From a virus (Duplodnaviria; Caudoviricetes), in IMG/VR virus record IMGVR_UViG_3300033121_000786, positions 45,841-109,840 of that record: a stretch of DNA of 64,000 nucleotides. The stretch is one strand, 5' to 3'. Positions within the stretch are counted from its first letter, which is position 1; every line of letters starts with the position of its first letter. Position numbers and translations under genes: made by a program. Below are positions 39,548-49,009 of the stretch, one piece after another. A model generated the notes under the pieces. That model was given only the letters and a program-made list of their open reading frames with translations. It did no database searches and had not been told where the DNA came from.

Positions 39548-40738
39548 ATGAATAAACCTTGGAAATTGATGGAAAATGCTATCACATATCAGGATAAAAT
39601 TAAATTAATTGAATTTATACTTTGTTCAGATAAATTTACTAATGGAGAAAAAGTTAAACAATTAGAAAATGAATGGAACAAATGGTTGGGTTCAGAGTAT
39701 TCTTTATTTGTTTCATCTGGATCAACTGCAAATTTTTTATTAATTGCATCCATAAAAGAATTATATAACCTTAAATCTGGTGATAAAGTCCTTGTTCCTG
39801 CTTGTACATGGACGACTAATGTTTCACCGATAATTCAATTGGGGTTAACCCCAATTTTTTGTGATATTCAATTTAGTGATTTTAGTTTTGATCATTCTAA
39901 TTTAGAATATATTTCTAAACAACATCCCGATATAAAATTAATTTTTGTTACACATTTATTAGGATTTACTTCAAAAGCAAGATCATCTGGTATTTTACAA
40001 GAGTTGTTTCCTAATGCATTAATTATAGATGATGTTTGTGAATCTCATGGATGTACATATGATAGTGGTAATAAAATTGGTTATAATAGTTTAGGTGCAA
40101 CTTTTAGTACATATTTCGGACATCATATGAATTCTATTGAAGGCGGGTTTATTTCAACTAATAATGTTGAGTTATATGATTTAATGAAAATGAAACGTAG
40201 TCATGGAATGGCTAGAGAATCTTCAAAATTTGAACTTTGGTCTGAATTATATCCTAATATAGATAAACAATTTTTATTTATTACTGATGGATATAATTTT
40301 AGAAATACTGAATTAAATGCTGTATTAGGATTATCCCAATTAAAACAATTAGATAAAAGTATAAAAATTAGAAATGATAATTATAAAGAATATTATAATG
40401 TTATAAAAAATTATACTTGTTGGTTTTATGATATTGCGTCGTATATAGAAAAAACAAAAAGTAATTTTGCATTCCCATTAATTTCATATAGAAAGGAAGT
40501 TATTGATGAAGTAAAAAAATTATTATCCGAACATAATATTGAATATAGACCAATTGTGTCTGGTAATTTACTTAAACATCCATTCTTAAATGATTATTCA
40601 GTTTGTTCAAATAAAAAAGTATTAAATGTTGATATTATACATGATAATGGTATATATCTTGGAAATAATCAATTTGTAAATAAACAACATTTTGATTTAT
40701 TGTCAAAAATTTTACAGGAATTAATATGGAAAATTTAA
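39548..40738 (+). CDS. colD: GDP-4-keto-6-deoxymannose 3-dehydratase (ColD-like)
   Basis: SSGSTAN, D.CESHG, FSTYFGHHM.SIEGG (His instead of Lys), RSHG, GYNFR, RPIVSGN. Confidence 0.85.
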   Translation: MNKPWKLMENAITYQDKIKLIEFILCSDKFTNGEKVKQLENEWNKWLGSEYSLFVSSGSTANFLLIASIKELYNLKSGDKVLVPACTWTTNVSPIIQLGLTPIFCDIQFSDFSFDHSNLEYISKQHPDIKLIFVTHLLGFTSKARSSGILQELFPNALIIDDVCESHGCTYDSGNKIGYNSLGATFSTYFGHHMNSIEGGFISTNNVELYDLMKMKRSHGMARESSKFELWSELYPNIDKQFLFITDGYNFRNTELNAVLGLSQLKQLDKSIKIRNDNYKEYYNVIKNYTCWFYDIASYIEKTKSNFAFPLISYRKEVIDEVKKLLSEHNIEYRPIVSGNLLKHPFLNDYSVCSNKKVLNVDIIHDNGIYLGNNQFVNKQHFDLLSKILQELIWKI

Positions 40739-41520
40739 CGCAAATAACCAAACAATATAATATTGTTTTTGTTGGTCCAGTAAGAAATTGTGCTCCATTT
40801 TTAGATAAGATATTTAATAATATAGAACGGATTGGTTCTTTATTTAAATCTTATTCTTGTGTATTTGTAGAAAGTGATTCCACAGATAATAGTTTACAAG
40901 TTTTAGAATCATATGCAAACAATAAAAATAATATTCATGTTATATCATTAGGAAAATTAGAATTTAATATTCCATCAAGAACAAAACGAATTGCAACTGC
41001 AAGAAATGTTGGAATTGAATATTGTGAAAAATCAGGAATTTTAGATTCACATGAATTTTATGTTCAAATGTGTGTTGATGATGTAAATTCTCAAGAGATT
41101 GATTTGAATGGAGTTCTTTCTTGTTTTAAATATGATTTAGAACAATGGGATGGAATGACTGCAAATCAAAATAGATATTATGATTTATGGACTTTACGAT
41201 GTAAAAAATGGTTAGAATATGATTGTTATTATGAATTAAATAATAGGCCAGAATATATGTCGTATGATGATGCTGTCAATATATTTATTGGTTCAAGATT
41301 TATATATCTTCCAAAAGAGTATGGTTTAATTGAAGTTGATTCCGCTCATGGTGGATTATCTATATATAAATCTTCTATAGCAAAAGGTTGTAGATATAGT
41401 GGATTTAATCAAGAAACTAATTCCGAAGAATCTGATATATTACAATTCTGTCGTGATGTTAAACACAAAGGAGGAAAAATTTTTATTAACACCGAATTAA
41501 TAAACATTAATAACAATTAA
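40726..41520 (+). CDS. Putative GT-A glycosyltransferase (paralog 2)
   Basis: Colinear with 38715-39545 along its whole length. Confidence 0.75.
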   Translation: MENLTQITKQYNIVFVGPVRNCAPFLDKIFNNIERIGSLFKSYSCVFVESDSTDNSLQVLESYANNKNNIHVISLGKLEFNIPSRTKRIATARNVGIEYCEKSGILDSHEFYVQMCVDDVNSQEIDLNGVLSCFKYDLEQWDGMTANQNRYYDLWTLRCKKWLEYDCYYELNNRPEYMSYDDAVNIFIGSRFIYLPKEYGLIEVDSAHGGLSIYKSSIAKGCRYSGFNQETNSEESDILQFCRDVKHKGGKIFINTELININNN

Positions 41521-41521
41521 A

Positions 41522-41529
41522 TATAAATA
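41522..41529 (+). promoter_or_regulatory. Late promoter TATAAATA
   Basis: Exact consensus ~35 nt before the TTG start at 41564, with a GGAG SD between. Confidence 0.75.
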
Positions 41530-41563
41530 CTAGATAAATAAACAAATTTATGGAGTATTATAA

Positions 41564-42451
41564 TTGTTATCGTTTAAATCTTTTCTAAATGAAGAAAAAC
41601 TTCGTCAAGGATTAGATCATTTTAATAACCTATCTTATGAAAAAATAGGTAAATTATTATCTTCTGATACTTTACAAGGAACTATTACACCAAAAACAGA
41701 TGGTGCAGCTGGTGCAGTTGGTTGGGATGAAAATGGATTTTTTACCCAATCTGGTCGTTCTGATAAAGTACGAAATGCTGGCGATTATAGTGCATACACA
41801 AGAAAAAAACGCGGGGAAGATGCAGATTTAACTATATCATCAAGTTATGATGCAATGCATCATCATCTTCAAAATAATAAGAAGTTAACTCAATATTTAC
41901 GATCCCGGCATGAATCAGGACAACCTTCTACATTAAAAGGTGAGTTTTTTTTGAGACATCTTGCTAAACCAACTGAAAAAGGATTAACGTTTGTTGCTAC
42001 TTCTTATAATCCAAATTCTATGGGTTCAACCGGAATGTTTATTTTACATCATAAACTTCCAGAAAATTCTACACATAATCCAGATGATATTCATCATTTA
42101 AGTGATAAACATGTAACCTTTGATCATGACAAATCAGAAAATAATAAATTTTCTGTTGATACTCAACATGAAAAGAATTTGTATTCATCAATAAATCCTA
42201 GTATTTTAAAATCAAGAAAATTAAGTGATTCTGCAAAAAAAGAAGATGAGACGGAAAAATTAGCAACAATTAAAAGTTTTTTGGAAACAAAATTAAAACA
42301 TCATACAAGTAATCTTTCTCCTAGACCTTGGGAAGTAAAAGATGAATCTGAAGGTCATGTTTTTCATTTAGACAATGGAGAACGATTCAAAATACAAAGT
42401 GATTCATTTAAAAATTTCAAAGATCAAGAAAAATTAAGGAAAAATAAATGA
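41564..42451 (+). CDS. RNA-ligase-like covalent nucleotidyltransferase with capsid-targeting-like N-terminus
   Basis: MLSFKSFLNE; motif I PKTDG, III KGEF, IV EGHVF, V RFKI. Confidence 0.65.
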   Translation: MLSFKSFLNEEKLRQGLDHFNNLSYEKIGKLLSSDTLQGTITPKTDGAAGAVGWDENGFFTQSGRSDKVRNAGDYSAYTRKKRGEDADLTISSSYDAMHHHLQNNKKLTQYLRSRHESGQPSTLKGEFFLRHLAKPTEKGLTFVATSYNPNSMGSTGMFILHHKLPENSTHNPDDIHHLSDKHVTFDHDKSENNKFSVDTQHEKNLYSSINPSILKSRKLSDSAKKEDETEKLATIKSFLETKLKHHTSNLSPRPWEVKDESEGHVFHLDNGERFKIQSDSFKNFKDQEKLRKNK

Positions 42452-44331
42452 TAAGACTTTTATATGAAGGTGGAAATTGGATGCATCCTGTTGATCCTAA
42501 TGTACCTGATGGACCAAAAAAAGTTGCTGATCCAATTGAAGTTAAACATAGAGATATACAAAAACCACATTTTGTTGAAATGTTTAATTCTATTGATAAT
42601 GGTTTTAAAAAACAACATGGACATAATCTTTTTGGAAATGCATTAAGAAATAATAATTTTTCATCTGGTTCATCTGAAGTATATAATGACCCATCCGTTT
42701 CAACAAAAAGAATGTCAAAGGCAAAACCTACAATGGGTGATTATGATGTTCAAATACCAGAAGAACATCATCAAAAATTAAGAAAATATTTGCAAGTTGG
42801 ACAAAAACATGGAAAGTTTACAATTAGACATATAAAAAAAGATGGAACACAAACACATATTATTATGCGACATGAAGATACTGGTAAAGAACATCAAATA
42901 GATTTTGAACCAGTAGAATATGATCAAAAAACTCAAGAACCAACGCCACATGAAAAATTAGCTCATAATAGTCATATTACCGATCTTGAAAGAGGATTAA
43001 AAGGTGTTCATCATAAACTTTTGATGCAAAGTGTATTTTCTGCACATGCAGTTCCGGGATATCTTCAGAAAGAAACTGGAAGAGGTAAAGCAAGAACAAC
43101 TGTTGTGTCTGATGAAGAAGGTAATTTTCCAACTTCTACTTATTCTGTAGATAAAGGGGTTAGAGAAAAATGGCAAAATGTAGGTTCAAAAAATGGAAAA
43201 CCGATATTTAGAGAAAAAAAACCATCTGAATCTGAATATTCAAAAGATTTACCTACAATCTATAGATCAATGTTCAAACGTGAACCGACAGAAAATGATA
43301 TATCTGATATTCATTCATTTAATGGTATTATTGGTCATATTAAAAAACATATTCCATCAGAACATCATAGTAAAATTTTCAAAACTTTTGTTGAAAAATT
43401 ATGGCATAAATCTGCACAAGCAACAAGTTTAAATAAAGATACTGATAAAAAAATAAAAGAAAATGCTTATAATGAATTAGCAAAACAATTTCCAAATGAA
43501 CATGAAAAACATAAGGATTATGTTGAGAATTTAAAATCTGAATATTATGGACCAAATAATGCTAATAAATTTAAATTAGATAATATGTCTGAAGAATTTA
43601 TATTAGAAAGCGCTAATATACATGTTGCATTTGCTGCGGGAAGATTTACAGGACCAACAGTTGAACATCATAAGTTATTATCAAGACTTTTTAATATTCC
43701 TGCCCATCATCACAGAGTATATGTTATGGGTCCATTTACACAAGAAGAAACTACTGACAAAGACCCATTAACTGTTAATGAAAAAATCGAACAATTAAAA
43801 AAATTATATCCAGATCATGCAGAATCTTTTATTGCAGGAACGGAACGTCATACTAAAAATCCACAAAAGGCATTAATACATACATGGCATACATTAAATA
43901 AACCTAATAAAGAAATGCATTTATCAGTTGTTGCGGGTTCTGGTAATGAAGGAATAAAAAATAAATCATCTGCTGGTGGTTCATTAGAAAGTTATAAATC
44001 TATATTAGATAAATATAATAAAACCAAATTTCCAGAAAGTATTAATCCAGATGGATCAAAACGTGGTGGTGATTTACGGATGAATTATGCATCTGTAAAT
44101 TACATAGATAATCCTCGTGGAAAATCATCAGGATCATTAATGAGAAAAACTGCAAGGGAATTAGATTATAATGATTTAAATCATGTTAAAAAATTTAAAT
44201 CATTATTACATCCTGATATGTCTATAGAAGATACCCAATCTTTAATGAAAAAAATTAAAGATAGACATTTAATGAAAAAAGAATCAATTTTAACGAGAAT
44301 TAAAAACATAATATTTGAAAAAGATGAATAA
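42448..44331 (+). CDS. Two-domain protein: pol-beta-type nucleotidyltransferase plus HIGH-family nucleotidyltransferase
   Basis: N-domain SGSS...GDYDV...QIDF; C-domain GRFTGPTVEHHKLL...DPL..EK...VAGS...SGSLMR. Confidence 0.7.
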   Translation: MIRLLYEGGNWMHPVDPNVPDGPKKVADPIEVKHRDIQKPHFVEMFNSIDNGFKKQHGHNLFGNALRNNNFSSGSSEVYNDPSVSTKRMSKAKPTMGDYDVQIPEEHHQKLRKYLQVGQKHGKFTIRHIKKDGTQTHIIMRHEDTGKEHQIDFEPVEYDQKTQEPTPHEKLAHNSHITDLERGLKGVHHKLLMQSVFSAHAVPGYLQKETGRGKARTTVVSDEEGNFPTSTYSVDKGVREKWQNVGSKNGKPIFREKKPSESEYSKDLPTIYRSMFKREPTENDISDIHSFNGIIGHIKKHIPSEHHSKIFKTFVEKLWHKSAQATSLNKDTDKKIKENAYNELAKQFPNEHEKHKDYVENLKSEYYGPNNANKFKLDNMSEEFILESANIHVAFAAGRFTGPTVEHHKLLSRLFNIPAHHHRVYVMGPFTQEETTDKDPLTVNEKIEQLKKLYPDHAESFIAGTERHTKNPQKALIHTWHTLNKPNKEMHLSVVAGSGNEGIKNKSSAGGSLESYKSILDKYNKTKFPESINPDGSKRGGDLRMNYASVNYIDNPRGKSSGSLMRKTARELDYNDLNHVKKFKSLLHPDMSIEDTQSLMKKIKDRHLMKKESILTRIKNIIFEKDE

Positions 44332-45154
44332 AGTCATATTTTTAGTTGGTCCACCAAGATCAGGAAAGGATATCATTGTAAAAGAAGTTTTTAATAACTA
44401 TTCTTTAAATGAATTTACTCTTGAACAGACTAAATTAGCATTAACTACTAAGATTAATGAAAATGATAAAAAATATTCTATTCTAAGAAAAGAATCGTTT
44501 ATCATTTCAACAAATGCATATAATTTTGATGATATTAAATCGGTTAAATTAGTATTGGAAGAACTTGGATTTATTACATCTATGATTTTTGTTAATGTTT
44601 CTGAAGAAGAATGTTTTAAAAGATTTGCAACTCGACATAATATTACTGAATCAGAATTACGATCTAAATTTAAATTATCAAAACAAAATTTAAATAGATT
44701 TAAAACTCTCTTTGATAATTTTATTGAGTATGATAACAGTGTAGTATTAGAAGATAATATGTTGTTAAATCCAATAAAAGAATTTGTGGATTTCTTTTTA
44801 TATAAAAATATATATCAATTATTTGAGAATAAAAAGTCTAAATCTAAATCCCGATCATTACAAAAAAAATTATTAGATAAGATTGGAGACAAATTAGGTA
44901 TATCAAATAAAATTTCGTCTGATAATATTTCTACACAAGATTATAAAATACGAAATTCAGGAATGGGATTTCCTTCTACGGTTGGTCCTATGTATAATGA
45001 ATCTGTATTTTCAAGTGATTTTTCTGATTTACCAGCATTTGCTGCTCCTGAACGAAGTATTCCTCCAGAAGAAACTTCTAAAGGAAATCCATCAGTAATT
45101 GCGAAAATAAAAACAATTGCTAATAATAAATTTAAAAAGAAAAAATATGACTAA
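44324..45154 (+). CDS. P-loop kinase (PNK/zeta-toxin/AAA_33-like)
   Basis: IFLVGPPRSGKD; MIFVNVS.E....RF..R lid motif. Confidence 0.72.
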   Translation: MNKVIFLVGPPRSGKDIIVKEVFNNYSLNEFTLEQTKLALTTKINENDKKYSILRKESFIISTNAYNFDDIKSVKLVLEELGFITSMIFVNVSEEECFKRFATRHNITESELRSKFKLSKQNLNRFKTLFDNFIEYDNSVVLEDNMLLNPIKEFVDFFLYKNIYQLFENKKSKSKSRSLQKKLLDKIGDKLGISNKISSDNISTQDYKIRNSGMGFPSTVGPMYNESVFSSDFSDLPAFAAPERSIPPEETSKGNPSVIAKIKTIANNKFKKKKYD

Positions 45155-45686
45155 ATTTCAGCACAAATTAATTATGTTATATGAGTTTAAACAACTTGGT
45201 AAAAAAATGACTCCATTAAGAAAGTTTCTTTGGTCAATTGGATTAGATTATCGTGATATGACATCAAAACAAGTTGATCAATGGGCAGAAAAAAAACGGT
45301 ATAAACTTTATAAACAAAGGAATAAAATTAAATCTATTATAAAACACAGTCAAGTTCAAGAAGAAAAAAGTTCAATACCCATGAGTCCTACTTGGCCATC
45401 AAGAAGTGCAATAAGACGTAAGAGAGCGTTAAAAAGAATTAAAGATTTTAAACTTGATGTTTTAAATCATGGTGGAATTGAAAAAAGTGGGGAAGGAGAA
45501 ATGTTATATAAGATTCCTCATCAATCAACGAGTCAAACCCATTCACATCGTCTTCGTTCATTTAAAGCAATTGGATCAAATAAAATTGCAGTTTTAAAAC
45601 GAAGAATGTCATTTGATCCAAAAGGAGGACATCGTTCAATTTATACTCATAAGACACTTGATTCACCAAAAGGAAGATTTAGATGA
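45147..45686 (+). CDS. Basic hypothetical late protein
   Basis: Lys/Arg-rich; overlaps neighbouring genes. Confidence 0.55.
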   Translation: MTKFQHKLIMLYEFKQLGKKMTPLRKFLWSIGLDYRDMTSKQVDQWAEKKRYKLYKQRNKIKSIIKHSQVQEEKSSIPMSPTWPSRSAIRRKRALKRIKDFKLDVLNHGGIEKSGEGEMLYKIPHQSTSQTHSHRLRSFKAIGSNKIAVLKRRMSFDPKGGHRSIYTHKTLDSPKGRFR

Positions 45687-45838
45687 ATAAAGTAGATAAA
45701 TTAGTTAAAAAAAATAGACAAATCAACCAAAGATTAAATTTGAAAAAAACTTTAACTGGGCAATCTCCTGATTGTGTTGAATTGTCGTCTAACAAAACGA
45801 CAAATAAATATATGGATAAACATCCAGGGACATTATAA
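45683..45838 (+). CDS. Hypothetical protein (51 aa)
   Basis: ATGA overlap with the upstream stop; MNKVDKLV...TLTGQSPD... Confidence 0.45.
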   Translation: MNKVDKLVKKNRQINQRLNLKKTLTGQSPDCVELSSNKTTNKYMDKHPGTL

Positions 45839-45849
45839 ATTTATATTAT

Positions 45850-45857
45850 TATAAATA
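45850..45857 (+). promoter_or_regulatory. Late promoter TATAAATA
   Basis: Exact consensus upstream of 45894. Confidence 0.75.
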
Positions 45858-45893
45858 TAATAAACATTATTAATTTTTTAAAGGAATACGAAT

Positions 45894-46418
45894 ATGTCAC
45901 AATGGGGAAATAGAGATTTAGCAAATAATAAACCAAAATATTTAAATACTAATACTCCTGGAAATTCTAAAGTATTTTTAGTTAATACCGGAAGATTAGC
46001 AAATGCTTCATTTGGTAATACTAAAGGAGTTTCCCATCAAGGATGGGTAAATATTAATCAAGGAACTGGATGGGTAGAATCATTAGCAGTTTCAAATATT
46101 AATACTGCATTAAGATATGCAAATACCTATTTGTCATTTACGCAAACGGGTGATTCTGTAACAAATGCAAATGGATATTTATTAGTTACTGGTACAGGAG
46201 CAAATAATGTTTCTGTTGTACTTAACAGTAAAGGAGCTGGATATAATACGGCCCCTGTTGTAACTGCAAATGTTAATCATCCAAATAATGCAACATTAAT
46301 TTTCACTGTTACTCCTGGCGGAAGAATGGGAAGAGTTTCTGCTGAAACTTTGGTTGTAATATCTACACCAATTACTTCTAATGCTAATTCAGGATTACCA
46401 TACTTTACTGGAGTCTAA
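45894..46418 (+). CDS. Virion structural protein (T4-like MSxWG family)
   Basis: MSQWGNRD, H.GWV, GAGY..AP.VT, GR..RV..ETLV; Asn/Gly/Thr-rich; late promoter. Confidence 0.7.
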   Translation: MSQWGNRDLANNKPKYLNTNTPGNSKVFLVNTGRLANASFGNTKGVSHQGWVNINQGTGWVESLAVSNINTALRYANTYLSFTQTGDSVTNANGYLLVTGTGANNVSVVLNSKGAGYNTAPVVTANVNHPNNATLIFTVTPGGRMGRVSAETLVVISTPITSNANSGLPYFTGV

Positions 46419-46421
46419 CTT

Positions 46422-46817
46422 TTGAAATCATTTAAAGAATTTGTTATGGAACTGCATGATGTTCCTGTTGTTTCTATTGAAAAAACTCAAGTAGAATTGG
46501 ATGAACCAGAAACAGTAAATGAGATTAACAAAAATCTTCAAATTGTACTATCAAAAGATTTTGCAAATATTGGTGAAGGATTAAATGCTTGTAAAAAAAT
46601 TTTAACTATGTATGGAATTGAATTACCACAAATTAATTTTAAAGATCAAAATAAAGGTAAAATTTTAGTTAATATTGGACAATTTAAAAGTTCTGGTGAA
46701 AATCATCATAATATAACCGGACCATTTCAAGAAAGAAATGAACACCATACTTTTACATTTACTTATGAATTAATTAATGGCAGTTATGATGTTCATGCCG
46801 AGGTAAAACAAAAATAG
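46422..46817 (+). CDS. Late protein with capsid-targeting-like N-terminus
   Basis: TTG start, MKSFKEFVME. Confidence 0.65.
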   Translation: MKSFKEFVMELHDVPVVSIEKTQVELDEPETVNEINKNLQIVLSKDFANIGEGLNACKKILTMYGIELPQINFKDQNKGKILVNIGQFKSSGENHHNITGPFQERNEHHTFTFTYELINGSYDVHAEVKQK

Positions 46818-46824
46818 ATATTTA

Positions 46825-47211
46825 ATGTTTGTAAATTTAACTCATGAAAATTTTTTGTTATTTGCGGCGAAATCTTATACTTCGCCGCATTATGTTGAAC
46901 AAGAGTTTTTTTCTGATTTAAAACGTATTAAATATATAAAACGATTATTACAAAAATATAGAATTTCAGGAGATTTGAAAGAACGATTAATATTAAATCA
47001 TATAATTTTAATTTATAATGTATTTGAAGCGGAATCTTGTACTAAAATGTTATTTTTAAAAATTAATTCACATGATTATTCTGCATTAAAAACCTTTTTA
47101 ATATTTTTAAATTATATGCCAAATATTATAGAATCAATAAATGGGAATATTATTTATTCTTCTGATATAAATATAGATTTTAAAGTAGCGAATGCATTAA
47201 GACAATTATGA
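46825..47211 (+). CDS. Conserved T4-like hypothetical protein
   Basis: ENF..FA.K.Y, EF..DLKR.KYIKRL, LKERLILNHII..YNVF. Confidence 0.75.
   Translation: MFVNLTHENFLLFAAKSYTSPHYVEQEFFSDLKRIKYIKRLLQKYRISGDLKERLILNHIILIYNVFEAESCTKMLFLKINSHDYSALKTFLIFLNYMPNIIESINGNIIYSSDINIDFKVANALRQL
47166..47173 (+). promoter_or_regulatory. Late promoter TATAAATA (intragenic)
   Basis: Exact consensus ~35 nt upstream of 47208. Confidence 0.55.
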
Positions 47212-47405
47212 ACGATAAATTAATAGAATCAATTAAAAAAATTCAAACTCTTATTAGAGAAGATGGAGGATGTTCGTGTCCAACAAATAGTGTTGGTGGT
47301 GGTAATATTGCAGGAGTGGGGGTTGGACCACAAGGAGAACCCGGTGGAAAAAAGGTAGTGATGGGTAAAATAAATAGAAGAAAAAGACTTCCAAAGGGGA
47401 AATAA
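47208..47405 (+). CDS. Small Gly-rich late protein (PTN..GGG.IAG motif)
   Basis: IRE|DGG..PTNSVGGGNIAG..P..EPG pattern common in T4-like late regions. Confidence 0.6.
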   Translation: MNDKLIESIKKIQTLIREDGGCSCPTNSVGGGNIAGVGVGPQGEPGGKKVVMGKINRRKRLPKGK

Positions 47406-47406
47406 C

Positions 47407-47847
47407 ATGGGTATTACATTTAAAGAAATTAAATCTGAACTTGAACATCTTGAAGAAGCAGATTTATCACAACAAGGACAAGTTGATCCAAAAATATATA
47501 TGAGTCAATTTTTATCAAGACTTTTTGCTGCAAGAAATGCAGCACATTTTGCACATTGGATGACTACAAGTTATGCTCAACATATTGCATTACAAACATT
47601 TTATGAAACTATACTTTCTTTAGCAGATACACTTGCAGAAAGTTTTATTGGAAGATATGGAAAACTTGAAGGATTTCCCAATGTTAAAGAATCAGCAACT
47701 GATCCATTAATTATTGTCGGAAATTTAACAAAATGGATAGATGCAAATAGAGCATCATTAACAGAGAATTCAGAAATTCAAAATCAAATTGATGAAATTG
47801 TAACATTATGTAATCAAACTGCGTATAGATTACGAGAATTAAGATAA
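47407..47847 (+). CDS. Dps/ferritin-like four-helix protein (DUF5856-like)
   Basis: H..HW.T.SYAQH.AL..FYE......D..AE...G.YG; QNQIDEI.......Y.L. Confidence 0.75.
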   Translation: MGITFKEIKSELEHLEEADLSQQGQVDPKIYMSQFLSRLFAARNAAHFAHWMTTSYAQHIALQTFYETILSLADTLAESFIGRYGKLEGFPNVKESATDPLIIVGNLTKWIDANRASLTENSEIQNQIDEIVTLCNQTAYRLRELR

Positions 47848-47848
47848 T

Positions 47849-48577
47849 ATGTCAATTATTAAAAGCATAACTTCTTCATTCAAATCTTCAGTTTCTGAAA
47901 TAGAAGAACCCCTTCAATTAGAAATACCAAAACGTAATCCATTTACTTTTGAATTTACGTTTGAAAAATTTAAAAAATTAATACCTCTTTCTGATAGTTT
48001 AGCAGAAGAATGGTATGATGTACTATATGAAAATTTACCAAAATATAATATTAATACTATTAATAGAGTTGCTGGATTTATAGCACAAACTTCTCATGAA
48101 AGTTTTGATTTTAAAGTCTTAGAAGAAAATTTATATTATTCAGCAGCAGGATTGAGAAAAACTTTTCCAAAATATTTTAAAACTCTTGCAATTGCAAAAC
48201 AATATGCAAAGAAACCTAAATTAATTGCTAATAGAGTTTATGGAAACCGATTAGGAAATTCTCCAAAAACGGATGATGGATGGAATTTTCGTGGAGGTGG
48301 ATTAATACAATGTACAGGAAAAGGTAATTATGAACAATGTTCTTTATTTTTATTTAAAGACAATAGATTAGTTATTAATCCAGATTTATTAAGAACAAAT
48401 AAAGAAATTGCAACTTTATCAGCATGTTGGTATTGGACAACTCGTGATATTAATAAGTATTGTGATAAAAAGGATATCGTAGGAATGACTCGTGCAATAA
48501 ATGGTGGTACAAATGGATTATCTTCAAGAAAAGTAAGATTTCAAAGAGCAATATTAGTATTATCATTAAATGCGTAA
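47849..48577 (+). CDS. GH19 endolysin
   Basis: FIAQ..HES, ENL.YS, IANRVYG.R.GN, FRG.GLIQ.TG..NY, INGGTNG. Confidence 0.92.
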   Translation: MSIIKSITSSFKSSVSEIEEPLQLEIPKRNPFTFEFTFEKFKKLIPLSDSLAEEWYDVLYENLPKYNINTINRVAGFIAQTSHESFDFKVLEENLYYSAAGLRKTFPKYFKTLAIAKQYAKKPKLIANRVYGNRLGNSPKTDDGWNFRGGGLIQCTGKGNYEQCSLFLFKDNRLVINPDLLRTNKEIATLSACWYWTTRDINKYCDKKDIVGMTRAINGGTNGLSSRKVRFQRAILVLSLNA

Positions 48578-48613
48578 AAATGTAAATGTGGTAATATAAA
48601 AAGATGAAATTCA

Positions 48614-49009
48614 ATGGAAGAAGAACATATCACATTACAATCTCAATTAATGACTCGATTACTGGTACTTGAAACGAAATTAATAAGTAATGAAAAAGTT
48701 TATGATAAACTTTTTCAAAACGTTAGTGATATAAATGAAAAAATAGATAATCTAAGATATGAAGTTCAATCTCTTAGACATTTGCCGGAAGTTGCTAAAA
48801 AAGTCACAGATTTAGAAACTCAAATATCTAGTGTAAAATTAGAATTGGCAGAATCTTCTTGGATAAAAAAAATTGTAAGTGGGGTTGTTGGATTAATATT
48901 AGTTGCAGTTGTTACTACAGCAATTAATATTACTCTAACTCATAATACTAATAATAATAAAATAGATGTTCTATTAGAAAAATTAAGCAATGAATACACA
49001 AAACATTAA
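48614..49009 (+). CDS. Coiled-coil single-TM protein (holin candidate)
   Basis: Heptad-rich N-region, TM VSGVVGLILVAVVTTAI; directly follows the endolysin. Confidence 0.5.
   Translation: MEEEHITLQSQLMTRLLVLETKLISNEKVYDKLFQNVSDINEKIDNLRYEVQSLRHLPEVAKKVTDLETQISSVKLELAESSWIKKIVSGVVGLILVAVVTTAINITLTHNTNNNKIDVLLEKLSNEYTKH

Noticed and set aside
42464-43432. Out-of-frame plus-strand ORFs inside the 42448 gene
   Set aside because: Nested alternative frames with no motifs or initiation signals.
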